From: Pseudovirgaria hyperparasitica
Lineage: Eukaryota
Direction: 5' to 3' (one strand)
Length of the DNA: 64,000 nucleotides
NCBI GenBank assembly: GCA_010093815.1
Contig: ML996575.1
This document shows positions 13,609 to 24,611 of this stretch, piece after piece; the first letter of the stretch is position 1, and the number at the start of each line of letters is the position of its first letter. The notes under the pieces are model-generated. The model saw nothing but the letters and a program-made list of their open reading frames with translations. It was not told the DNA's origin and did not search any database. The position numbers were made by a program, and so were the translations under genes.

Positions 13609-14515
13609 GCATGGATAGTGTAACTCTCAGTAGCCTCGAGCATCCGGCTGCTCGCTCCTTATCATTTGGACAGGGATCTGACATCTTGTGAACCGCCGTG
13701 CCTTTTCTCCTTTTGGGCCCAACGGTCAACAGGGGTTCTCAAGACTCACCAATCGTTTTGACCTCATTTTGTTGATCCGGCCTGCGCCCGGAGACACGTC
13801 AGCGATCGGTGAATAATGAAACTCCCTGTGTGGATTGTATTTTTAGAGAATTCTCGGATTTGGCCAAGCTCGCCTCATAATCTTACAGTTTGCTTTGTTG
13901 CATCTGTTGCATCCAGCTTCTCTAGTTGTTGTTATTGGCCACTCCAGTGAAAAGAAGTTGGAGCTGCTGCAAGACAGTATTGAGACGGCCAAGACATCTG
14001 GCTATGCAGGTATTGCCAGTCTTTGTGATGTGGGGTAAACACCATACCTTTGTCCGAGCTCTGATGAAAATGCTCTACGAAGGGCGATACCCGCACGTTT
14101 TAGGAAAAAGATCTGAAACCTATTCCGGAAGTTCACAGGCGTGCCGTGACGCCAAGAATGAACCAGGCGTAGCAATATTGCTTATTCGTCCTGTTCTACA
14201 ATGCGGCACTGGCATCATCCGTCTAAGGCTGACATTAAGTTGCTGTCCAGTTGCATAGCCTTGTGACCAGACTGGGACTACGCCGTTAGTATGGTGTTGG
14301 TTGCCATATTAGTCCAAACAGACACACCACTAAAATTTATACCGTGAACTTGCCCTGTAAATACGGCATAGCAACAAAACTCTTGCTAGAATCACTTCGA
14401 CTACCCACCACTCCTGTACATGCAATGCTTCCCAGCTTCTATTCTCACTCCCCATAGTTGCCTCCAGAACCCCAAAACTTAGAGATACTCATTTTCGACA
14501 CGGCAATAGCGCACC

Positions 14516-16234
14516 ATGGCTTCAGAATCCAGCGAGGTCATAAAGCCTCCTGGATCTGAGAATCAATCTACCAGTCCACTATCTTCTCCCCATGAGAACT
14601 CATCAGAGAAGCCTCTACCTCTGGATATCGAGACAAGTTCCAAGCTCATGGGGCTGGATACTAGCGAGTCTCAACCCACGTTTCAACACACTTGGCGCAT
14701 TCGATGCATATTTGCAGTGCTCTGTATATTCTCCTTCCTTGGAGCGCTGGACAGTACCATTATAACCACCTCCCTCCTAACCATTATTCGGCAAATCGGC
14801 GGAGAGGAACAGCTCTATGTATGGGTTGCACATAGCTTTCTCTTCGCCTCAACAGCACCACAACCTATCTTTGGTCAGATCGCCGACATTTTCGGGCGTC
14901 GATATCCGTTCTTGGTGTGTATTACTTGCTTTGCCCTCGGAAGTGGCATTTCAGGAGGCGCCGGTAGTGCAGCGATGCTCATTGCTGGTCGTACGGTTCA
15001 GGGCTTGGGCACAGCAGGCCTATTTGTCCTCTCGGATATCATCATCTGTGACATCGTACCGCCAAGGTATCGAGGACCATACCTAAGCGCTGTTCTGTCT
15101 ACTGCAGGGATAGGATCTACCATCGGTCCATCTATCGGCGGTGCCCTGGCAGAGTCAAGCTGGCGCTGGATCTTTTATATGAATCTCCCCATTTGCGGTG
15201 TTGGATTCCTCGGGACTCTGTTATTGATGAACATCGAAGAACACAGGCCACGACACATCACACTTCGACAAGTGGACTTTTTCGGGATGTCGCTATTCGT
15301 CGTCTCGATGATTGCTTTGTTCTACGGCCTCATTACTGGTGGTATCCAACACCCGTGGTCATCGTGGCGAGTCATTTTGCCACTCGTGCTAGGTACATGT
15401 GGCTGGATAGCATTCCACGTCTTTGAAGCAAGCCGGTTCTGTGGTATCCCGAGCGCGCCGCCCCGACTCTTTCTTACCCGTACCTCTGTCGCTGGATTCT
15501 TGATGGTATTTTTCAGCTCCGTTGTCTTTCAAGCAATCGCGTACTTTTTGCCGTTGTATTTCCAGGCAGTCAGACTTGCCTCACCACTCGACTCGGGCGT
15601 ATACTTCCTGCCTTTCGCACTGTCCTTCATTGTTTTTGCAGGGTTCGCTGGCTGGTGTCTCTCGAAATGGGGATACTATGTTCCTCTCCACTATGCTGGA
15701 TTCGGACTGCTGGCTATCGGGATGGGCCTCTTCTCTACGCTGACCCAGAGTTCGTCAACTGGATACTGGGTAGGGCTTCAGTTACTTCCATCTGCTGGTA
15801 TAGCCTTTATCTTCACAGCAACACTGCCGAGTACCTTAGCTGCCCTTCCAGAAAAGGATGTCGCTGTTGCAACAGCAATGTACTCGTTCATCAGAGCATT
15901 CGGTCTCGTATGGGGGGTCACCCTCTCAGGGGTCGTATTTAATGGACAATTCGACGCAAATATCGGGCTGATCAGTGCTGACAACATCAGAACTCTGCTC
16001 AAGGGAGGTGCGGCGTACTCTTTCGGAGCAACTAGTGATCCGAACGCTGGAATCAGAGCGCTGGACGGCGCGATTCAGGGTCAAGTGCAGGAGGTTTACG
16101 TTAAAGCTCTTCGCGTTGTCTGGTTGGTCATAATGTCGATGGCACTTCTGGGTTTCGTGTGTGTTCCGATAGAGAGACAGCTTGAACTACGGACAGAATC
16201 TGAACCAACAACGTCATCAGATACGGCAGACTAA
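14516..16234 (+). CDS. MFS drug:H+ antiporter (DHA2-like, about 14 TMS), intronless
   Basis: 572-aa ORF with LGALDSTII, GQIADIFGRR (motif A), GRTVQGLG, IGPSIGGAL, WRWIFYMNLP. Confidence 0.93.
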   Translation: MASESSEVIKPPGSENQSTSPLSSPHENSSEKPLPLDIETSSKLMGLDTSESQPTFQHTWRIRCIFAVLCIFSFLGALDSTIITTSLLTIIRQIGGEEQLYVWVAHSFLFASTAPQPIFGQIADIFGRRYPFLVCITCFALGSGISGGAGSAAMLIAGRTVQGLGTAGLFVLSDIIICDIVPPRYRGPYLSAVLSTAGIGSTIGPSIGGALAESSWRWIFYMNLPICGVGFLGTLLLMNIEEHRPRHITLRQVDFFGMSLFVVSMIALFYGLITGGIQHPWSSWRVILPLVLGTCGWIAFHVFEASRFCGIPSAPPRLFLTRTSVAGFLMVFFSSVVFQAIAYFLPLYFQAVRLASPLDSGVYFLPFALSFIVFAGFAGWCLSKWGYYVPLHYAGFGLLAIGMGLFSTLTQSSSTGYWVGLQLLPSAGIAFIFTATLPSTLAALPEKDVAVATAMYSFIRAFGLVWGVTLSGVVFNGQFDANIGLISADNIRTLLKGGAAYSFGATSDPNAGIRALDGAIQGQVQEVYVKALRVVWLVIMSMALLGFVCVPIERQLELRTESEPTTSSDTAD

Positions 16235-16369
16235 GAGTCGGCCAACACAAAAAATGCCCAAGATGGAGTTCGACTGGACGGATGGCCGATAACAACACTT
16301 GTCGTCCGTGTACAGGCTCACCTGGTATGTGCTATTTTGTGTAAGCATCTACAAACATATCTTGAACAG

Positions 16370-16708
16370 TCACTTTAAGTACCTTCTCAGCTCCATTTGT
16401 AACGTAAACTCGTAGAGACATCCAGTGCCTTTTGAGGTTTGACGCACTTGCGCCATCCGATGCGGACACACCATACCGTTAATAAATTCTTGCACCTCTG
16501 TATCTCTTCTCTTCCCTACCAAGTCCTTGCAATATTCCACAGTTCGATCTTTCTCCCAATAAGCACGACCTCCAATATCCATACACTCTACACACAGCTT
16601 GACACCAGCCCTCGCATCATTCACACGTGTTCTCAGCCCCTCCTCCTTGTCTAGGGCATCCATTATACCGGCGGTCTCTGTTTCCAGGGCCACATCATCG
16701 TCTTGCAA
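16370..16708 (-). other. Possible 3' exon or remnant of an unknown gene
   Basis: 112-codon ORF with protein-like composition and no ATG start. Upstream frames are broken. Confidence 0.3.
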
Positions 16709-19106
16709 GTCTGTGTCCCGTCATCATGGCTGCAAATGCTTATGTTTCAGCTCATGATCTCAAATGCGAGCCTACTGCCACGTGGAAGAATCGCAAAAGC
16801 CCCGCGAGATGATATCCAATATGAAACAAATGCGTTGCTTTGTGAGCCGAAAAGGCTCTCACAGAGCATCATCGTGAGCAGAGCATGACCATTTTGGGTT
16901 CCCGCCTGATGGCATCTGTAGATGCATGCAAGAGTAGCAAGCTACCAGGAACGGAGACTGGGACGAGCATATTCTGATGTGAGATCACTCTAGTGCTAGT
17001 ATGATAGCTGTGGGACAAAAATTTCATGGAGAGCTTCAACCCACTACTGCTTTAATGCATACTCAAGTGAGACTGAGACCTGGTGAGTTCGACACGCATG
17101 GCGATCCGCCATACAATTCACGGCTTCGTACCTTGGCCTGACTCAAGTTGCGTGTGGACAGTGTGGACCGGAGGTGTCCCAGAAGCGTTTTCAAGGCACG
17201 CGCGAGTGTGTAGAAGGTAAGGTACTTAGAAGATAGAAGGGCCAGAGCGTTGATAGATAAGGCAGACGACATAGCGGGCAGCTAAGCTCGACTTAAGGAG
17301 CTCAAGCGCCTCGAAACATCCATCCGAATCCCATGTTGCTGCACCTATGACAGTTGGAAACTCTGGGTTTTCAAGCAGATGCTGTGGCTACTTTCCCATA
17401 ATTATCGTATCTTCAACTATCAGTCTATCGGGTTCCCATGGATGAGTCTAGCTTCCAGCTTGGCAAGCCTCACTGTGGATACGTGCGTGCTGATCATCCA
17501 TATCGACTGACAAAGCAAGACAAGGCGAATGCCACGCGGCACGCACGACACGGATCCTAGTGGTAATCATCACATCGTCAGATCTCTGCGTATGACCACA
17601 GCAGGAGACCTATGTTGGATTCGGTTGATGACGCGAGCATCCATAGTGCGACACCCGCGTTGCCGCGTATCCTCAGAAGTTTGTGCAATCGTCGATGGAA
17701 AAGCAACAAGAGTGTTGTCAGCATGCGAAGCAAACACACTAAGACAGCCCCAGATCCGACGCGACAGCAGACCCGAGGATGCTCGTTACTTCGTATGTAT
17801 CGTCACATCGCCACGTCCACGCTGCTGGGATACATTACCAAGCCGGTGGTTGGCCCTGTTGGTATAAATAGTGGAGATATCCATGGGTTGACAAGCCCGC
17901 AGCGACGATCTCTGCATATCACTTGTCACTACCCGACTAGTAGATCATCGAGATTCTGTGTTTTCGATGTCAATGGGCTGGGATTGTAGGAGTCGGACTT
18001 TGTAAGCTGATATATGTGTGTTTATATGCAGGAAGCGATCATCTAGCGATGGGTGATGACGGGGCATGCGTGCATGCTGGATCTGGTTGACGATCTATCC
18101 GAATAGGGCACGTTCTGTTCTATACTATATTGATTGACTACGTTGTGAAGCTTGAATCACCATCATCGTAATGTGCCGTAAGAATCGGTCTCGACATCAA
18201 GCCCCGGGTCTCACTGATGACAGTCTTGTCCGCCGCTTCTGCTGCAGCTCTATGGCCGACGGTGCCCACTTGACAGTTGACACTGATGTCGAATCGCTGT
18301 TCCACGACCCGATGTAAGCGGGGCTAACAGCTTGAGCTTGCTACTAAAGTACAAGACTAGTACGACCTATAAAGACTAGCTCAGCCGCAGATCGAGAGAT
18401 CTGCAGATGAAGGTCGGCAAGCCTTCCAAGAGTGAGGTCAGTAGATCGTCGATGGTTCGCTGGGCAAGTTGGTGATAGAACGTGCGCTGTAGCTGTAGCA
18501 TTGGTATCGGCATGGTATACTACAACGTGTTGATGTCGCTTCCAAAGCGTCGAGATGATGATAGTATGACGTTAAAGCACAGCCGTGTGAATAGAACCTC
18601 AAGTTATACTTACTGGTAGTCTTTCAGATGGCAGCCCGGTAAAATGCAGTAAGCATCAAGAGTGCAAAGCGATGTGGCGTAACTTTTTTTCTTCTGAGCA
18701 GTTCAGAAACCATTGTCATATAGTCATTATATAGGGTATCAATTCAGCTGCTCCAGCAGTATAAGCGCGCCCAATGCGCATACGGGAAACTTGACCGTTC
18801 CAAAAGTTTAAGTTTTCGCCCAGCTCTTGCCCGAGGGGCAATTACGAGTGTGAAGACCAGATGTCACATTGTAAGACTTGTGCTTCGCCTTTGCAATAAC
18901 CTCTACAGGGCAACTCTCTTGTCCTCGGTCGTTGATACCACCTCAATAAGACAAATCAGTCCATGCACACGGCTGATACCGCTGCATGACGTGTATGGTC
19001 ACTGCTAGGCAGACTAGCAAGCGGTACATGTGCTTGTATCAGGATGGGAATCCTGTGTTGTATGTTGATTGTGTTGCGCTCTTGTCCAGTTTGTAGATAT
19101 ATCTCC

Positions 19107-19616
19107 TCATCCGCCGTATCCGACGATGTCGGCACATCGTATACAGTAGTATAGATTCGAGCCGTAATTGATCATGCCGCGTGTGGAGCTGAAGATTGAT
19201 TGCTGATGGCATCTTGAGCATCTAATAGGTATAGTGGGTTGAGTGTGAACAGGGTTCAAAGAGGTCTTAGAGGAGGTCGAAGCACCGGAGTTTGATGTGT
19301 TCGGTTGGTATGCAGCTGCGGTTTGCAGCTGCAGGACTTTGGAGACATCCATGCTATGGTCTTTTCGTAGAAAGGGACGGGATGTGGTGACAGGAGTATG
19401 TGGAAACGGCGAAGAGTGTTTTATTTGAAAGTCCACTGGTGTATCCGCAGGTATTGGAGGTTCCAGACCGTAGAAGTATGAAGCGGAGCGTCGATGCGTG
19501 TGAAAATAGCTCCGGGGCGTAATGTTATCTGAAGATGTGGAGGGTGTGAGGGGCGAAGAAATGGGGGAGCAAGTGGCAGTAGTAGCACTGGCGGTGTCTA
19601 GTTGGAGCAATGACAT
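19107..19616 (-). CDS. Ser/Thr/Pro-rich small protein with C-terminal C4 zinc-finger-like motif
   Basis: Intronless ORF from accATG, ending RCSRC-x21-CIRC (NLYYCIRCADIVGYGG). Confidence 0.7.
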   Translation of the reverse strand: MSLLQLDTASATTATCSPISSPLTPSTSSDNITPRSYFHTHRRSASYFYGLEPPIPADTPVDFQIKHSSPFPHTPVTTSRPFLRKDHSMDVSKVLQLQTAAAYQPNTSNSGASTSSKTSLNPVHTQPTIPIRCSRCHQQSIFSSTRGMINYGSNLYYCIRCADIVGYGG

Positions 19617-20006
19617 GGTGAAACTGTATGAGAAGGACGGACAGGTCAACTGTTTCGATGCCAATGAAATTGGGATTTTGAGGGCAGAGAATCAGGGGAC
19701 AGGGAATAGGCTCTTGTATACTATGATGGTTAAGAAAGAGATCGTAGATTGAGCAATGCATTCCAGTGACAAGCCAATCAGAGCAGCGACTGAATGATAT
19801 GGATTGGCTGGCCAAGCTGATGGATTCCCTGTCAGGCTTGATGGATTCGCCCGTAACTGCCCAATCGGGTGTTTCCAGTTGGAACCCGCAACAGTGCCTC
19901 CAAGTAGACCCCGATCGCTCGCGTAAACCACACCGAATATGATGACTCTAACCACTCCCATAGCTAATTAAATAAAGTACCTACTTTTTATCTACAATCT
20001 TAAGGA

Positions 20007-21061
20007 CTACTTGGAGGTACTGTTGCCTAATGGCCACTCCTTAGAATTATGTTTCACGTATGTTTCCTCGGTTTTGACTAGGTAGCCTGCATAGGATCTC
20101 GTTTCATCATCATCAAGCTTGATCCTATAGTCTCCTAAGAGTACCAGCAGGCCAAGATAGGCTGCGCGATGCGTCAATGATCTTCACTTGTAAAAACATG
20201 CATGTAGCACATACCATAGTTATCTGCATTTATCAACGCGTTCTCCGCTGACTTCTCTATAACATTATTCCAATGGTATGCAGGAACATGATCGATTTCT
20301 AACTTATCTATTAGACGAAAATTTACCTCGGATTCATGAGACCTACTATCAAAATCTACAAGATGTGTAAACTCATGTAGTAGTGTTATGCTGGCAAGTC
20401 CATTCGGCCCAAGGAGTTTCTTCGTCCTAGTCGAATTCTTCGTCGTGTCTGAAAGCGGCGTATCTAACCAAAGATCGTTTACCGACTTCTCGATCGTCGT
20501 ATATTCTGCATCACAATAAGGCGCGCATATAGTTATGGAATTATCCTTAGGGTGAGTCAGTGGCCCTATTTGTCCTTGAGAGATGTACGTGACAGCATAG
20601 TTGTCTCCTCTGTATTCTGGTCTGCATCTCGGCGTATTCTTCATCCAGAATTGGGGTACACGAGATCCGTAGAGCATGATACTGGTCTCGGGTGACATAT
20701 CAAACCATTCATTCTCAAGAAATTGCCAGCGTTGATCTCCGTCACAATAAATATGCGTGTTGGCCTCTCTTACGTCTTTGGGCTGTGCGGAACCAATGCC
20801 GCCCATAACACTTAAAACTTCGTTCCACGCAGCTCCTGACTTGTGTTCAATTTTAAAGATACGGGATAGGAGTTTTTGAATGTCGGCATCGTTGGCCCAC
20901 ATGCGATCGTAAACTCGCCTTGCCATGTGTATTGCTTCCTTGATAGCTTCAGTCATAGCTGGCTTTTCGGTACATGTGGGGTGGACATGGTAGTATACTA
21001 TAGCAAATGAGGGGAGAGGAAAAAGAGAAGTAAGCATTGTTAGTAATGTTAAAGAAACCAT
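20007..21061 (-). CDS. Secreted zinc metallopeptidase-like protein (M35/aspzincin-like); introns about 20299-20346 and 20162-20214
   Basis: Signal-peptide-like N-terminus, TLLHEFTH, D..AY.W and ALINADNY|AYLGLL. The last exon was found by splicing and ends TAG at 20007-20009. Confidence 0.8.
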
Positions 21062-22317
21062 ATTATGTATACTCGAACCTAACTTGGAATCTGGGCAAAG
21101 GTATCGACTCTATACTATAACACCTGTTTATATATTCCACTATGGGCCCGTGGATCAATAAATCTTAGACTATGAATCCTTTTAATTTATATATAGTACT
21201 CGATATAAGACGATGATCGCAAGGAAGCACAGGGGAAAGGATGTTCCAGTAATCCTTTGAACGGGTATCCGTATTCTTTGATCCATTTTATTTTAACGCT
21301 GTGGGGCTATGTAGTCTTGGGTCTCTTCCCTGTAGCGGAACACGAAATGTCACCTCTGGAGGCCCATGTGAGAATGGGATGTGGATTAAGTGGCGATTTA
21401 TCCGTCTGTAACATTTTTAGCTCAACTGTAAGCACATCTCCCACGCGTGTCCCACCCTTATCTTTGAGCATTGATAAATCCCAAATCCCGCAAGTATGTC
21501 GATGCCTGTAGAAGTGCTCGAGACCGGGTTGTCGTACGAGAGAGTTGTAGAATTGCAACCATGCCTCGTTCGGTTTCAATGCGCTGGTCTCCAAGCGGCA
21601 CCCGCTTATGTTAATTAGAGTCGCAAAGGCTTTGCAAAGATGAAATTTATTGTCGCGCTGGTGTAAGCAGTTTAGACTCGAAACCTAGCATCTTACCGAA
21701 CACCTCCCATATCGTGCTTAGGTCGAAGTCATAGACACGTGTCTCGCTCAGGGGCCTGCCATATCTTATATACCTGTAAGAAGCGGAGAAGAGGGGCGGG
21801 CGAGTCGAAGAGCAGCGGCGCTCTAAGGGCATCTTCGATAGGGAACCATCACAACAGCTCGTTGGGACCTGCAAAGGAATAATCATATATGGCATGTCTA
21901 CTCTTGATGGTGTACTCAAAACAACGCATCTGTCAAATATGTAAGCCGCGTTTACTTTATATCGTTTAGGATTATGTCCGAGGATCTATGCTCCCAACAT
22001 AAATACGCGCACTTCAACTAGGGTCAAAATTGCCTCAACATCGAAACTCACGCTGAAGCGCCGCACCTACCATTTGATTTATTTAATACTTATTCGTACA
22101 ATTAGTAGCGTAGCATAATTAATATTAGTTAAGCAAAAGCGCTATGGTAATACATAATTCGTAGAGCGTAGAATGGCGTGTCAAGCTAAAAGGCGGAACG
22201 TAGGGGGTTCTAAAAAGGAAAAAAAAAAGGCAAAAGCCAAGGGGGTTCGGAAAGTTCTTAACAAAAAGTACGAGAAGGGAGTTCACAAAGTTTAGGAAAA
22301 AAGAAAAAGTTAAAGCA

Positions 22318-22399
22318 AGGGGGTACTGGGGGTCGAACCCAGAACCTCTTGATGTCGAAATGATCGTAGTCAAGCACTCTGCCATTGAGCCATACCCCC
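22318..22399 (-). tRNA. tRNA-Arg(ACG) with about 10-nt intron
   Basis: Reverse complement folds: GGGGGTA/TACCCCC acceptor, GCTC/GAGT D-arm, CTTGA-CTACGA[intron]A-TCAAG anticodon arm, CTGGG-TTCGACC-CCCAG T-arm. Oligo-T Pol III terminator downstream. Confidence 0.93.
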
Positions 22400-24211
22400 A
22401 TTTGATATTAGTATCTAATTCAAAACATTTATATTCTCTTTTCATTGTGCCCTTGTTGAGCGTTCTAGGCTATCAGAGCGAAGAAAGAGTGACAGCGCAA
22501 TCATGACATTGCGGGTTTGCAAGCTGACCCATCTTTTCGCGCTGCTATTATCTAGGGAATGTTTGCATACGATATCGCACTGGTCTCCTTTATCTCATAG
22601 ATTGATTGTAGGCATCGGTGATGAAGATGCTAGCACAATGGTATTTGTGTGGATAGGGTTTTCCACGTCATGTTGAAAGTCTGCCTACTTTCGACCTAGC
22701 AAAAGTGTACGTATATAGGTACAGGGCAATAGTTTGACCATCCTAGAAGGGAAACTGGAATTGACAGTGCAGCGTGTCCATAGTGTAGTGACATTCCAAC
22801 ACAAACTGCGCATGGGTGAAGATGTTGCCTTTGAAGCAACAAAAACCTTCGACTATGATTCCATTATGATGATATACAAAAGGTATAGATAACTGTATCT
22901 AGAGAAATACCAGCGAGGCATCAAAGAGCTAAGTCTCAGTCATAATGGAAACCAAGACTCGCACTTCATATTGAGACGCGATGGAAGCTTTCAACCGGGC
23001 GAAAAGCTCACTACAACGTCCCGTAGATTTTCTAAGCCTTGACTTTGAATGCCGGGCTAGTGGCGGAGAACAGCCCATCGCGGTGGTGGCTCCGATGCAA
23101 GCCCATGCCATCGCGGGGGTTGGTTCAGTCGAACTTCCGAAGTCTGGTTCAAACAATGCAGATATGTCAGTGTCTCACGCGGGGGGCGTGTCTGGTAGGT
23201 GATTTACTTGTGCGTTGGATCGCGCGGTAGGAGCATGTGTACAGACGTTTGGGGCCTCACTGTGGGGAAAGTCACTTTTAATCGCATTGGTGTACGGGAT
23301 TCCAGGCAAGGTCCAGACCACACGATCAACATACGCATACTTGGCAAATGAGTCCTATACAGTATCTCGAGGAAGCTAAACTCAGTGGGGAGGCCGTCTT
23401 TCGTCTTTGTGCATTGTCCAACATCATGACAACCATAGTTCGGTCTCGAGACTGTGAGTAAAGCTTACACTTAGAGCAGATAACATCCGAGAAGCAAATA
23501 ACTCAGTACTGTAGTGTTAGTCCTACACTACGTACGCACCTGTACATACCCAAACTACAAACGCGTACTGTCCCCTGGCATATGGGAACTATGCGTGTGT
23601 GCCTTATGGATCGTCAAATGAGGGGCATTCAGGAGAGATACATCGTGATATACACTAATTAGAGAGATAAAACACAGCCTGATGTGTCTATCAAGGATAA
23701 TAACTGAGTCGATTGTTGGATACGAACTCAGAACAGAACCTAATGGGCCGATAACCGTCCTGTTGTATCATTCCTGCCCAGTCCAAGCGATTAAGGTTTA
23801 GCGTGATTTGGGCTAATTTCCTCCCAACCTTACCTTGGAGCGAGGCGTTGGCGGCTGCCTCCCCTTATTGCGAGCCAACCTCCAAGCCAGACACACCCAC
23901 ACACCCGCAGAGCTTCAACTCCATCTACAAGCTCACTCGACCTCAACTACGCAGTCAGCGACCATTTCCGCAATCTCCAATCCATCTACAGGCAGCTGTG
24001 TGCACACATATTGGCTCGCTGGCGGACAAGAATTTGGCCAGCTCCCCGGCATTGGCATTCCACCTTCCAACCGTCTCTCTCCATCACACCGACTCCTCTA
24101 GCCCACGTCTATCGCGCGCCAACAGACCCTCTGGGTATTGCACTGCTGTGTATAACGGCTTAATCCTAGTCTGAGCTGTCCTCGACCGAACCTCGAAGTT
24201 GTTCTAGCAAG

Positions 24212-24611
24212 ATGATGTCAACCCCGTACGAGATTCGAACAGGCGACACCGGCAAGAGTAAGAAGCAAAGCATGGCAGAGTTAAAGCTACGTCGGTTGAC
24301 GGAGCTCAACACAAGACTCAAGGAGGACCTGGAGAGAAGGAGAATACCTGTCTCAGAAGCTGCGATCGAGTAAGACATCACCTTGACGAGAGCTATCGCG
24401 TATCCGTTTTCGTTGCTGACACTGTTTACGTACAGTTTGATTGCATTTACCGACAAAGAACCCAAAGACTTCATGGTACCTTCACGATGGGGAACGGTGA
24501 GCACGTCGCGATGATCAGCTTCGTGGGTGAAGTCTAATTCAATCCCAGGTCGATAAGAAAGAAGACCCGTATGCTCCGCAACAGTCTAGCGGTTGCTGTA
24601 TTGTCATGTAA
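24212..24611 (+). CDS. gpgA: Heterotrimeric G-protein gamma subunit, 3 exons (24212-24369, 24436-24496, 24549-24611), about 93 aa; missed by the ORF track
   Basis: Spliced KKQSMAELKLRRLTELNTRLKEDLERRRIPVSEA..DFMVPSRWG.VDKKEDPY..GCCIVM*, ending in a CAAX box. Confidence 0.96.

Noticed and set aside
21647..21919. Faint resemblance to the RIP-ed ORF at 38893-39323 (SE..F.L.T..VFG..G.E)
   Set aside because: Too short and weak to call by eye. It needs a scored alignment.
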